Under the pieces are notes generated by a model. It had not been told where the DNA came from. It searched no databases and saw only the letters and a list, made by a program, of their open reading frames with translations. DNA of 64,000 nucleotides from Neocallimastix sp. 'constans'. Lineage: Eukaryota. Position numbers and translations under genes: made by a program. Below are positions 52,165-64,000 of the stretch, in pieces (position 1 is the stretch's first letter; the number at the start of each line of letters is the position of its first letter). Where the stretch lies: NCBI GenBank assembly GCA_050613775.1, contig JBODTK010000011.1:1116001-1180000 (forward strand), read 5' to 3'.

Positions 52165-55100
52165 ACTTAAATATCAAAAAGAAATTAAAAATTCTCGTCT
52201 TTCTAATATTGAAGAAACTCCTGCTAATAAAAGGGTGGTTAATAAAAAGAAAGTTGATTATTTAGTAGGAGCATCTAAACGTAAAATTTATGATGTTAAT
52301 AATGATGAAGGTAGTGCAGAGAAAAGGATTCATAAGTCGTTGAAGGAGAATCCTAAACCTATAATAACTCCTGCATTACGAAAACAGAAAGAACGAGAAG
52401 TAAAAGAAAATAATATAAGTAATAAAATTGTTAAACAAATTAAACCATCTATTCTAGCTCAACCACGAATTGAAAAAGAAAAAGAGATTGAAAGACAAAT
52501 TCGTGATAATGAAAGAGCTAGTAATAGTAATACTAATTATAGTAATAATCATAGTAATGATAATAGTAATGATAATATTAATAATAATTCATTAGTGAAT
52601 GATGAAGTTATTATAAATAATGTAAATAATGATAAAAGAAAGAATAAAAATTTAATGAAAGAAAATAATGATAATAAAAAAAGTATTGTGAAGGAGAATA
52701 ATAAAGTAATTGATTTAACAAAGGTGTTAATTAGTAAAGATAAAGATACTCAAAAAGAAAATAAAAGTTCTAGAGTATCTAGGAAAATTAAGATGCAATC
52801 GGGGGAAGAGGAATATGATATTCTTAAAGATTTAAATTCTGCCCATTGCAATATTACTTTTGGACAGTTATTGGATGCTGCTCCAAAATTAAGATATAAG
52901 GTGTCACAGGGTATTAAATTGGATAGGGACCAATCTAATATCTCTGGGGTGTTGGATAATGTGTCAGCCACGACTGTGGTCGTTAATAACATAGACCACA
53001 CTTATAAAAGTAAAGGTAACGAACCATGTGAAGAGGATATTGCCATGGTTGATGTTACAGTTGAAGGTGTTTCGGGGAAGGCTTTAATTGATTCATGTAG
53101 TAATTTAAGTATAATTACTCAACAATTTTTAGATAAGCTTCCGTCCGAATATGAACCTATTGATATTAGTCGTGGCAGAATTAGGTTGGCAACTAAGAAT
53201 GATGATTACTCGGAAGGTTATATCATTCGGGTGCCAGTAAAGATTAATAATCTTGTATTAATGGTTAATTGTAGAATAGTAGAAAAGGAGGATCCTTTTT
53301 ACGATATTCTAATTAACTTAAAAACCCAAATTGATTATAATTTGTTTATCCACCCCATTTTATATAGTTTGTGTCAAATTACTCCTGAGGGAGTAATTGA
53401 CGTTATTGCACCTATTAATAATGATTATGAAGATGAAGAAAAGTTGTTGTGTATGATTAAGGCTTTGGATGAGGATTCCAAAAAGAATGATTTAAAGAAA
53501 ATTGAAGGATTATCCCCAAAGCAATATATTCATCATGAAATTTTCCTAAATACTTTAAACGAAAAATATAAAGATGAAATAATTAAAATTCTGGAGGAGA
53601 ACTTAGAAATAGTTGCTACTTCTTCAGAAGAATTAACACCTTCTGATCTTCCTCCACATAAGATTAATTTAATTCCTGGTGCGAAACCAGTTAAGCAAAG
53701 GTGCTATAGATTAGTTAAATTTAAGTCGGATATACTTAAGGAGGAATTAATTAAATTAATTAATAAGAAATTAATTGAACCTTCTTGTTCCGAATGGTCA
53801 TCGCCAATAGTGTTAGTACCGAAGAAGAACGGTAAATGGCGATTATGTATTGATTATCGTAAGGTTAATGATTTAACAGTTAAAGATTCTTATTCATTAC
53901 CTTACATTGATGAGATATTTGATAGTTTAGATGGGGCACAGATTTTTACAACAATGGATCTTTACTCTGGTTATCATCAAATTTTGATGGATGAGGAAAG
54001 TGTAGAAATTACCACCTTCACCACAAAATTTGGTAACTACCAATTCAAGGTTATGCCTTTTGGTTTAACCGGAGCCCCAGCTACATTTCAAAGGGAAATG
54101 AATAGGATTCTTTTCCCATTTATAGGAAAGTTTGTTTTTAACTTTATAGATGATATTTTAATATACTCTAAGAGTATAGAAGAACATATAAGCCACATTA
54201 GGCAAGTGTTGGAAGTATTTCGCCAACACAAATTAAAAATTAACATTGAAAAATGTGCCTTTATGCAGACTGAAGTAGAAGTCTTAGGTCATAAGGCATC
54301 AGTGAAAGGTTTAAGTCCCCAGGATAGCAAAATTAAGGCTATCAAGGAGTGGGTAGCACCTGTTGATGTTCATGAATTACGATCTTTTCTTGGAGCAGTA
54401 GGATATTATAGAAACTTTATTGATAAATATGCCCAAATCTCTGCTCCTTTATGTAAATTATTAAGAAAGAATGTTAAATATAAATGGAATAATGAACATC
54501 AACAAAGTTTTGATCTGTTAAAAGAAAAGTTAATAAATGCTCCAATTTTAAAATATCCAAGTTTTAATCAAAGGTTTATAATTAGAACGGATGCTTCCTA
54601 TGAAGGTATTGGAGGAGTATTACTCCAAGAAGATTTAGAAACCAAAAAGGAACATCCAGTTCATTATATAAGTAGAAGTTTAAGTAAAGCCGAGAAAAAT
54701 TATGGCATTACTGACTTGGAAGGAGCTGCATTAATTTATTGTATTACTAAGTTGAAATCTTATATATTAGGAAATCCTAATAAAACAGTAGTAATAACAG
54801 ATCATAAACCTTTAATCAGTTTCTTTAAAAATAAGGAACCTAATAATGCTAGGCAAGCAAGGTGGTGCTTAACTGTTAGTACCCTTGGTGTTGAAATTCA
54901 ATATCAAATGGGTAAGAAAAATGTGTTAGCCGATGCATTATCTAGGATGAAGAAAAGAGATGATTCCGTGGTATTGGCAACTAAGTTAACTTCAAAGGAA
55001 GAAGAAGAGTTGCTTTCTAAAACTATTAAAGACTTTATAAATGAAAAATTTGTTACGATAGATGGTGAAGATTATTTTGTTGATGGTAATGACTATCGTA

Positions 55101-56167
55101 AATTAATTACTGATCAAACGGAAAGAGTAAAACTTATTTTAGAAGCCCATAAGATAGGTCATGAGGGATATTATAAGACTTATCAAAGGCTTCGTAAAAG
55201 TTTTTATTGGAATAATATGGTGATGGATATTAAAAGAGTGGTGCAAAGTTGTGACAAGTGTCAGTTGAATAGGTCACAACCATATCCAGAACCTACAGAA
55301 AATATTCCAACTAAAGTAGAAGGTCCTTTTATACATTTGGGTTTAGATATTATTGGACCTTTGATTAAAACGAAGAATAATAATCAATATATTATGGTTG
55401 TGGTGGATTACTTCACCAAATGGGTTGAAGCAGAACCCACGGAAAATATAACATCACAGGATGTGATTAAGTTCTTAATTAATGTGTTTGCTCGTCATGG
55501 TGTTCCACAGGTAATAACAACTGACAATGGTGTTCAGTTCACCTCGGACATGACGAAAATATTTTTAGATCTCTATGATGTATATGTGAAGTTTATTTCC
55601 ACATATCATCCTGAAAGTAATGGACTTACGGAAAACCGTAATAAAGAGATCGGCAAGTTATTGAGGTTGTTGGGTTCTAAGAATAAGGATTGGGATGAAG
55701 TTTTACCATCCGCCTTATGGGCTCTTAGAACTACCAAAAATAAGGTAACAAAACATTCAAGTTTTGAGTTGGTTTATGGTAGGGAAGATCAGCAGCCTTT
55801 TGATATTGCTGCTAGACCTACCAAGGATATTAATAAGTCATCGGATGAAGTGTTGTTAGAAAAATTTATAAATCATTACCGATGGACTTTAGAAGCAGCC
55901 GAAAATGTTAAAAATGCAAATAAGTATTGGGCTGCTAGAAGAGAGGAAAAGAATAGTTTGAATGAAGGAAAAAGAATTAGGGAAGGTGATTTAGTTCTAG
56001 TTAGAAATTTTTCAAGAACTAAACTAGAACCTTATTTTGTTGGTCCTCTTAAAGTTATAAAAAAACAATTTAATACGGTTACCTTGGCTGATCCAAATTC
56101 TGGAATTCAAATGAATAGGAATGTTCATTTGAAGAATATAGTCAAGTATAACTCAGCTTCGATGTAG
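52118..56167 (+). CDS. pol: Pol polyprotein (PR, RT, RNase H, integrase), expressed as Gag-Pol
   Basis: LIDSCS protease, WRLCIDYR, MPFGL, FIDD, TDAS, TDHKPL, HHCC, TDNGVQF, GPLK; gypsy domain order; no chromodomain. Confidence 0.96.
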   Translation: MSNGIRSSPILNKAASLKYQKEIKNSRLSNIEETPANKRVVNKKKVDYLVGASKRKIYDVNNDEGSAEKRIHKSLKENPKPIITPALRKQKEREVKENNISNKIVKQIKPSILAQPRIEKEKEIERQIRDNERASNSNTNYSNNHSNDNSNDNINNNSLVNDEVIINNVNNDKRKNKNLMKENNDNKKSIVKENNKVIDLTKVLISKDKDTQKENKSSRVSRKIKMQSGEEEYDILKDLNSAHCNITFGQLLDAAPKLRYKVSQGIKLDRDQSNISGVLDNVSATTVVVNNIDHTYKSKGNEPCEEDIAMVDVTVEGVSGKALIDSCSNLSIITQQFLDKLPSEYEPIDISRGRIRLATKNDDYSEGYIIRVPVKINNLVLMVNCRIVEKEDPFYDILINLKTQIDYNLFIHPILYSLCQITPEGVIDVIAPINNDYEDEEKLLCMIKALDEDSKKNDLKKIEGLSPKQYIHHEIFLNTLNEKYKDEIIKILEENLEIVATSSEELTPSDLPPHKINLIPGAKPVKQRCYRLVKFKSDILKEELIKLINKKLIEPSCSEWSSPIVLVPKKNGKWRLCIDYRKVNDLTVKDSYSLPYIDEIFDSLDGAQIFTTMDLYSGYHQILMDEESVEITTFTTKFGNYQFKVMPFGLTGAPATFQREMNRILFPFIGKFVFNFIDDILIYSKSIEEHISHIRQVLEVFRQHKLKINIEKCAFMQTEVEVLGHKASVKGLSPQDSKIKAIKEWVAPVDVHELRSFLGAVGYYRNFIDKYAQISAPLCKLLRKNVKYKWNNEHQQSFDLLKEKLINAPILKYPSFNQRFIIRTDASYEGIGGVLLQEDLETKKEHPVHYISRSLSKAEKNYGITDLEGAALIYCITKLKSYILGNPNKTVVITDHKPLISFFKNKEPNNARQARWCLTVSTLGVEIQYQMGKKNVLADALSRMKKRDDSVVLATKLTSKEEEELLSKTIKDFINEKFVTIDGEDYFVDGNDYRKLITDQTERVKLILEAHKIGHEGYYKTYQRLRKSFYWNNMVMDIKRVVQSCDKCQLNRSQPYPEPTENIPTKVEGPFIHLGLDIIGPLIKTKNNNQYIMVVVDYFTKWVEAEPTENITSQDVIKFLINVFARHGVPQVITTDNGVQFTSDMTKIFLDLYDVYVKFISTYHPESNGLTENRNKEIGKLLRLLGSKNKDWDEVLPSALWALRTTKNKVTKHSSFELVYGREDQQPFDIAARPTKDINKSSDEVLLEKFINHYRWTLEAAENVKNANKYWAARREEKNSLNEGKRIREGDLVLVRNFSRTKLEPYFVGPLKVIKKQFNTVTLADPNSGIQMNRNVHLKNIVKYNSASM

Positions 56168-56190
56168 CTTGAGTTTTAGAGGGGGCATCA

Positions 56191-57225
56191 TGATAAAGAA
56201 TGAATTAATAACCTTTATTTTATTATTAATAATTCTTTACTAAATTGTACTTTCCTATATTCTTCATAACCTAAACCTCATTGTAAATTTAATTTATTTT
56301 GATATAAATTAATTTTAACTTGTAAATAATGTAAATAAATTTTAATTAATTACTTTATTGTTATATTATTAAATATATGTATATATTAAAATACAATTAT
56401 AAATATTAAAATTATACTTTTAAGATACTAAATTATTAAAACTATTAATTAAATATTATTATAAAAATTATTATAAAATTATTAAAATTATTAATATTAT
56501 TAATTAAATATTATTCTAAAAATTATTATAAATTATTAATATTATAAAATTATTAAAATTATTAAATATTATTATAAAAATTTATATATTATAACTATTA
56601 AATATTATTATAAAATTATTAAGATTATTAATTAAATTTATTATTAAAAATTATTATTAAAAATTTTTACTTATTATAAAAATTACTATTTAAATATTAT
56701 CAAATTTATTAATTAAATATTATAAAAATTTTATTTTATTTTGAAAATAATTACAAGTATTATTTAAAATAATTAAAGATTATTAAATTTATTATATTAA
56801 TCTTTAAAAACAATTTATTTAACTTAAAAATATCAAAGAAAATAGTAAAAACTATTTTCTATATATTTATTTTATAATTATTTTTAATTAAATTATATTT
56901 GAATATTATATTATTATATTTATAAAAATTAAAACAAAAATGAATTATTGATATAAAATTAATTCAATAATTCTATAAAATTACTTAAATTATAAACAAT
57001 TAATTATACTTTAAATTTATAAAAAAATATAAATATTGTAACAATTTCTTAAAAAAAATTAAATATGTGTACTTTAAATAAAAAAAAAAAAAACTTTTAT
57101 ATTAATAAAAAAAATAAATAATTTTTAATAAAGAAAGATTTATTTTTTTTTAAAATCAAAGCAGGGTAATACCCGTCCCCCCCTGCTTGATTTTAAATAT
57201 CTAAGTGTCAACCCCGAGTCTACCA
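56191..57225 (+). repeat. 3' LTR of element D
   Basis: Direct repeat of 48647-49681, followed by TTAG. Confidence 0.94.
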
Positions 57226-57780
57226 TTAGTGATGCAGTATTTAAATAAAAAGAGAATATTATCAAGAAATAAAATTAAATATAATAAATAATTAGTTAAA
57301 TTATATATGTATATTATAATAATAAATAGTAATATAAAAATTATTAAATTTATTTAATTAGTTAATAGCCAATAGGATTTAATTTATAGTAAATTAGAAA
57401 TTAGAAATATAAAAGAAAAATTATTATAATTCTTTAAAGAAAAGGGAGGTTTTTTTATTTAAAAAAAAAATAGAGATAAAATTGGTTAAAATAAATATAT
57501 TTGGGGAATATATTTATTTATCAAAAATTTTAATAGTAATAAGTTAGTTAGAAATAAATAATTAATAAGATCTTTAATAACATTTTATTATAAAATTTGT
57601 ATTACGACATAAATAATTTAAATAAATAAATAAAACGACAAAACTATAATTTTTTTATATTTTGTTTTAATATTAACGTGTATTGTAATTATATATTTTT
57701 ATATTAGAATATATTTTTATTTAATACAATCTTGCTAACCACAAAAACATTGATACTTATAGAAATAACGTATCAAAATT

Positions 57781-57797
57781 TGGCGCCCAACGTGGGG
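57781..57797 (+). promoter_or_regulatory. Primer-binding site, tRNA-Lys(CUU) 3' end
   Basis: TGGCGCCCAACGTGGGG, the classical Lys1,2 PBS. Confidence 0.92.
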
Positions 57798-57941
57798 GGA
57801 AAGCAAGATCAAATAAATTAATATGAAAATAATAAGAAAATTATAATTACAATATAATTATCATAATAGAATACTTTTTTTTATATAATCTTTCATTTAT
57901 TTTTCTTTTTTTTTTTATCAAGTAATTATTTTTTTTTTACA

Positions 57942-59258
57942 ATGTTTGACGCTACTAAACTGCAAAGGAAGCTACCACATCTGGCTGATTATGGAAAAGA
58001 TGTAGACAGCTGGATGACCGACTTTGTTAAGATAATGGAGCTTTATGATATAATGGAACCAAGGCGAATTTTTATTTGGGTAAAGGAAGCTGTGGAAGAA
58101 GATATTCAAGGAGCGTTACAATCATTGGTAGTCAGACGAGGGGATGAAATGAGATATCCCACATTTAAAGAAATTCAAAATACAATTGAAGAACATTTGC
58201 ACATTACAGAAAATGATAAATGTGCAGTTCTCAAAACAATACAAATAAATCAAGAAGAATCAATTAAAAAGTTTAATTACAGATATAAAAAATTATATAA
58301 TAAACTCAGTTTAGAATATAGAAGACTTATATCTGTAAAGGACTACACGAATGCTATTAGCTCCCGTGTATTTCCATGCTCAAGAGTTATGGTTGCAGAA
58401 TGTGATACAATAAATGAGGCGTGTAAAATTGCAGAAGTAGCTGAGGAGACTGAAAAAGAAATAGCAAATATAAATCAAAGAAATGAAATTAATAATATGA
58501 GGAATCATATTATGTTTACTCAGAATCAGCCGGATAATATCTTACTAATGCGACATCCATTCTACGAAAACTTACAGTTAAATCAATTACCTATGAACCA
58601 TAATAATAATATATTCCAGGAAAGAAATAATTGGAATTCTAAATCTAGATTATGGAACAATAATAATAATTTCAGAAATTCAAATTATGTATATCACATG
58701 AGTAATCCATATAATAATCCAAATTATTACTTGAATAATAAAAATGATATTAATAAAATGAACAATGGAAATTTTACAAATCGTTATAATAGTAGATTTA
58801 ATTATAATAAATTTTGGCACAGTAATAATATTAATCAATATATGAATAATAATAACAAATATAATATGAACAATATGAATAATAATCAGCCATCCAATGA
58901 AATAAGAGACAATAAGATGAATCATTATTTAAACAATTTGAACAACAATATTAATATAACAAATAATGATAAAGAACATGACAACCAAATGTTTAACAAT
59001 AATAAATTTAATACAAATAATATGATTCAATCCTTTAATTATCAAAATGGAAATAATCACAACAATGGGATAGAAAATAATAATGTCAGTAATACATTAG
59101 TAACTAATAAAAACTCAATTAACAACAATAATAACAACCATGTAAATTGTTACCGTTGCACAATGAATGGACATAGAGCTTCAGAATGTCCTTATACATT
59201 TAAGCAATTGGCTGAATTGGAAGAAAAAGGATTGCTCAATAAACATTTAAACCAATAG
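57942..59258 (+). CDS. gag: Gag with long Asn-rich region and CCHC knuckle
   Basis: CYRCTMNGHRASEC; capsid-like N-terminus similar to the other gags. Confidence 0.92.
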   Translation: MFDATKLQRKLPHLADYGKDVDSWMTDFVKIMELYDIMEPRRIFIWVKEAVEEDIQGALQSLVVRRGDEMRYPTFKEIQNTIEEHLHITENDKCAVLKTIQINQEESIKKFNYRYKKLYNKLSLEYRRLISVKDYTNAISSRVFPCSRVMVAECDTINEACKIAEVAEETEKEIANINQRNEINNMRNHIMFTQNQPDNILLMRHPFYENLQLNQLPMNHNNNIFQERNNWNSKSRLWNNNNNFRNSNYVYHMSNPYNNPNYYLNNKNDINKMNNGNFTNRYNSRFNYNKFWHSNNINQYMNNNNKYNMNNMNNNQPSNEIRDNKMNHYLNNLNNNINITNNDKEHDNQMFNNNKFNTNNMIQSFNYQNGNNHNNGIENNNVSNTLVTNKNSINNNNNNHVNCYRCTMNGHRASECPYTFKQLAELEEKGLLNKHLNQ

Positions 59259-59280
59259 ATGGGAGAAGGACAACTTCCAT
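59246..59280 (+). promoter_or_regulatory. -1 frameshift signal
   Basis: T TTA AAC, 6-nt spacer, hairpin ATGGGAG/CTTCCAT; -1 frame open into the 59342 ORF. Confidence 0.82.
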
Positions 59281-62200
59281 TAACCAAACCAATAAAATAA
59301 TATTCAAAAATAATGACTCATATAATAATAATAATAAAACAATGTTCAAAAATAATGACTCATATAATAATAATAATAATAAAATAATGTTCAAAAATAA
59401 CGACTCATATAATAATAATAATAATAATAATAATATAATGACAATGGTAGACGATCAAACAATATTACCTATAATTAATAATAATATTAAAGAAAAACAA
59501 AAATGTAATGACCTTAATATAAACAATAATAGTAACACTACACAAAATACATTAAATAGACCAATTGAAATTATAGCAGCCGCTACTCGAAATTCAAGAA
59601 ATAAATTAAACAAACATAATGAAAAGCCATACAATAGAAAGGAAGTGAGATTTAATTTAAAGGACAATCCAAAACCAATACAAACGGCAGCTATGAGTCA
59701 TAATAATATTAATAATAATACTAGTGATAATAAAATTAGTACTAATAATAGTATTAATAATAATTATAATAATAATATTAATAATAAAAATAATATCGAT
59801 TATAGTAATACAAATGCTAATAATAATTATAATAATATTAATAATCATAAGAATAATAAGAATAATGAATATGAAAACAATAATAAGAATAAGAATAATA
59901 AAATTAATCATAATATAGACAATTATAACGATAATGCGAATAATGATAATAAAAATAATAATACTATAGATAATTATAATAGTAATAATGATTTTAATGA
60001 AAATAAGGAAAATAATACTTACGACTATTTTAAAGAAAATACTGTCACCAATAATGATGATAATACTCATAACAATACAAGCAATACCCAAAGGGTTGAA
60101 CGAGAAGATATAGAACCTAATGAAGATGTAATTATGATAGAAGAATCTGAAGATGATGAAGATAATGATGCTGATAAAGAAAATTATAACTCTAAAAATT
60201 ATAATAATATTTTACCTGGTAGATCTAAGAATTTTAATAATATAATTAAGGAAAACCCGGATATGGCCTCTAATAGTGAAAATCGTAAAACAGAAAAACT
60301 AGAATATCTTGATCCTTCCTTTATAACAGAGAAAAATATTCGAAATGTTAAAGGTAAAAATAGGGAAGAAAAAATTAAAGATATAAAGAATAAAGCTAAG
60401 AAAATAAATACCGACATTGAGCAAAGTGAAACTTCTTTTAAGAAACCTGAAAAACACATCAAACTTATGGAAAAATTTGGTGATTATTATATTCAAGATT
60501 TAATAAAAGAAATTGCATCAACTGATGTAATAACAAAATTAGTTTACCTTTTAGATCTTTTTCCAAAATTCCGTACAGAATTTTTAAAAGCTTTAAAATT
60601 AGCGCCTAAACAAACAATAACAAATGTGATGACGGTTATCACAAAACATAAAATAATTAAAGTTTGCGGTAAAGTAGAAAATAATGACTGTGAAATATTT
60701 TTAGATACGTGTGCTAGTGTCAACTTTATCACACGTTCTGCTTTAAATAAATTAAAAATCAACAAACCTTCTATTGGTAGAATTTCTGAAACAATATTTC
60801 AAGCGTACTCTAATTCTTCAACAGAGAGTGATATCTATGACTTACAGATTTCTATTGGTAGTAAAACTTTTAATGAATATTTCAGAGTAATAGAAAAGGA
60901 TGATATTTTCGATATCTTAATTGGTGTTGATTCTCTAAAGAATAATAGATTTGATATTAACTTAGTAGATGATACTTTATATTATATTGATGAAAATAAT
61001 AATTACATTAAACTAGCAGATCTATTTTATGATATCAATCTTAATAATACTTACAAGGATGATGAGGATATAGAAAAACATCAAAATACAAAATCTGAAC
61101 CTTTTTTATTAACAATTACAGTTACCAATGATAAAGAAATTACGAACACTAATGAATTACCTAACACGAAAGAACATTTAATTAACGAAATAATATCTTC
61201 TGTTCCTAATAAATTTAAAAATAAAATTAGTAAATTATTTTTTAAATTTAAAAATGTAGTTGCAATTAAAACAGATGATTTAGGAAGGTCAAAATTATTA
61301 CCTCACAGGATTGAATTAATTCCAAAATCTTCACCCATAAAGTTAAAAGCTTACCGTTTATCCAAAGCGCAAACAAAAGCTCTAAAGGAAATTTTGATTA
61401 AGCTAATAGAAAACAAACTAATAGAGCCATCCTACTCTTCATGGGCATTTCCAGTAGTACTAGTTCCAAAGAAAAACGGCGACTGGAGAATGTGTGTCGA
61501 CTTTAGGGCTTTAAACAATATAACTATTAAGGATTCCTATGCTTTGCCCTTAATTGATGACATATTAATGTTTATTGGAAAGAACGCTAAAATACTCTCT
61601 ACTATTGATCTTTTCTGGTTATCATCAGGTTCCAATGAATCCTGATGATAAAGATAAAACAACATTCACAACGATGTTTGGAAACTATAAATTTTGTGTG
61701 ATGCCGTTTGGGCTATGTAATGCACCGGCTACATTTCAACATGAAATGAACCGGATTTTTTTTGACTTGATTGGAGTATGCTTATTTGTTTACATTGACG
61801 ATTTAGTAATATTTTCTGACTCAATTGAATCACACATTACTCATCTTACTAAAGTATTCCAAATCCTAGCAGACAATGGTTTGAAAATAAACTTAGAAAA
61901 ATGTTCTTTTTTCAAAGAAGAAGTAGTCCTTCTTGGTCATGTATTATCCACAAAAGGTATTGCCCCGATTCCTGATAAGATTAAAGTTATAATTAACTGG
62001 CTACCCCCTAAAAATATCACTCAACTTAAATCATTTTTGGGAGCTGTTGGTTATTATCGGAAATTTATTAAAAATTTTGCTCAGATTGCAAATCCTCTGT
62101 TTAACCTCTTAAAGAAAGATGTACCGTATGAATGGTCCGAAAAGTGCAACATAGCCTTTGAAAAATTAAAAATGTCACTAACGGTTGCCCCTATTTTAAC

Positions 62201-63839
62201 TCCTCCTGATTATTCTAAACCTTTTATTATCCGAACAGATGCTTCCAGAGATGGACTTGGTGGAGTACTTCTCCAAACAAATGAAAATTCAATTGAAATC
62301 CCCATATATTTTGAAAGTAGAACTCTTTCCGCTGCTGAATCTAATTATAGTGTTACTGATTTAGAAGGCAAAGCAATATTTCATTGTGTTAAAAAATTTA
62401 AACCCTATTTTAGTGGAAGCCCTTTTACCACTATCGTTTATACAGACCATAAACCCTTGGTTAGTATATTTGCTAATAGAGAGCCTTCAAATAATCGCCA
62501 CCTTAAATGGGTTACTGAACTATCAATATTAAATGTTCAAGTCCAATTTCAAGAGGGGAAGAAGAACGTTATTGCTGACGCTTTATCTAGGTTACCTACA
62601 AAAGAAATACATGAAAATAAAGAAATATTAAATGCATTAGTAAACAATGATGTTTTATCCAATAATAGCAATGATAGTATAAATAAATTTATGAATGAAT
62701 TTATAAATAAGAGAATTATAAATATTGATGGTGTGGAATATCTTAAACAAGGAGAACAACTGAGAAGAATAGTTCACAACAAAGAAGAGAAGCAAAAATT
62801 AATCGAAGAAGCCCATGGTCTAGGCCATGAAGGAGCTTATAAAACTTATAGCAGACTGAAGAGGGATTACTACTGGGGAAATATGAAAAAAGATATACAA
62901 ATACTAATAAAATGTTGTCACAAGTGTCAAACTTGTCGACCACAAAAATTAAATAAATATACCGAAAATATTGCAACTGTACCTGAATATCCTTTCTCAA
63001 GAGTTGGGTTGGATCTAATAGGACCATTACCTATAACAAATAAAGGTAATAGATATATAATTGTATTAGTAGATTATCTTACCAAATGGGTGGAAGCAGA
63101 ACCCTTACAATCTGCCGAATCTCAAGATGTAATAAATTTTCTCAAGAAAATATTTGCACGACATGGTGTTCCTGAAATTTTAGTTACTGACAATGGTCCA
63201 CAGTTTACTTCCGATAAGACAAAAGCATTTTTGGACCTTAACGACATTTATGTAAATTATGTAGCAACCTATCACCCCTCGTCTAATGGAGAAGTAGAAA
63301 ACAGAAATAGGGAAATAGGTAAGTATCTCAGGTTACTCGGAGAAGAGGATTCGCAGTGGGACGAAACACTTTATAGTGCTCTTTGGGCTTTAAGAACGTG
63401 CAAGAATGAAGTTACGAAACACAGCAGCTTTGAATTGTTGTATGGTCGGAGAGACTTACAACCATTCGAACTCACTGTTAATGTCGAATCCAAAAATGAC
63501 TGGGAAGACGAAGAAGAATTTTGGCTGAGGAAATTTATTAACCATGACCGTTGGATCCGTGAAGCAATAAAGAACATTGAAACAGCAAACAAGTTGTGGG
63601 AAGATCGTAGAAAACAAATAAAAAGAATGAGAGCAAAGTATAAGCCAGGTGATCTTGTTTTGGTCAAATTGTTCAACAGAAAGAAGCTGGATCCGTTTTT
63701 CACAGGCCCACTAAAGATCGTAAAACAAGAGTTCAATACAGTAACAGTTTGCGATCCAGTAACTGGGGAAGTTGCTGATAGGAACATTCATTTAAAAAAC
63801 ATTATTCCATATTTCACAGAATTGAATTTAGAAGAATAA
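59246..63839 (+). pseudogene. pol: pol of element E, split by a frameshift at ~61611-61616 in RT
   Basis: ORF 59342-61645 (FLDTCAS, WRMCVDFR ... IDLF) continues as SGYHQ, MPFGL, YIDD, RNase H and integrase in ORF 61575-63839; ~2 nt missing. Confidence 0.85.
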
Positions 63840-63856
63840 GGATACATATATATATA

Positions 63857-63900
<44 letters not shown>

Positions 63901-63905
63901 AACAG

Positions 63906-63948
<43 letters not shown>

Positions 63949-64000
63949 TAAATTATATTGAAACTTCAAAACCTCAAAATTGAAATTTCAAAATCTGAAT

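Larger units (their letters stand above)
48647..57225 (+). mobile_element. Full-length, apparently intact Ty3/gypsy retrotransposon D
   Basis: 1035-bp LTRs at 48647-49681 and 56191-57225, TTAG TSD, tRNA-Ala PBS, gag plus -1 pol (PR-RT-RH-IN), PPT AGAGGGGG at ~56178. Confidence 0.96.
57230..64000 (+). mobile_element. Ty3/gypsy retrotransposon E (3' LTR beyond window)
   Basis: Putative 5' LTR 57230-57775 (TGATGC...GTATCA), tRNA-Lys PBS, gag, pol. Confidence 0.92.

Overview
Extremely AT-rich eukaryotic DNA with intronless genes and long microsatellites, most consistent with an anaerobic gut fungus (Neocallimastigomycota; inferred from composition and gene style). Two tRNA genes (Cys-GCA at 4647-4718, Ser-GCT at 48550-48631) each have two different Ty3/gypsy-type LTR elements stacked head-to-tail 14-15 bp upstream, all transcribed away from the tRNA. 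The three pol-bearing elements share a -1 frameshift signal. Also present: a box C/D snoRNA (SNORD41/snR51-like), four paralogous intronless 7-TM receptor-like genes, a decayed Ty1/copia relic and a GPI-anchored secreted protein gene. Most notable is a young non-autonomous LTR element (39579-43061) inserted in an (AAT)n tract. Its only ORF is a lactococcin-972-like bacteriocin domain with a signal peptide, Kex2-type site and GPI signal. Its primer-binding site matches the 5' half of tRNA-Lys(CUU), as does that of the adjacent 930-bp TRIM. All alignments were done by eye; no searches were run.
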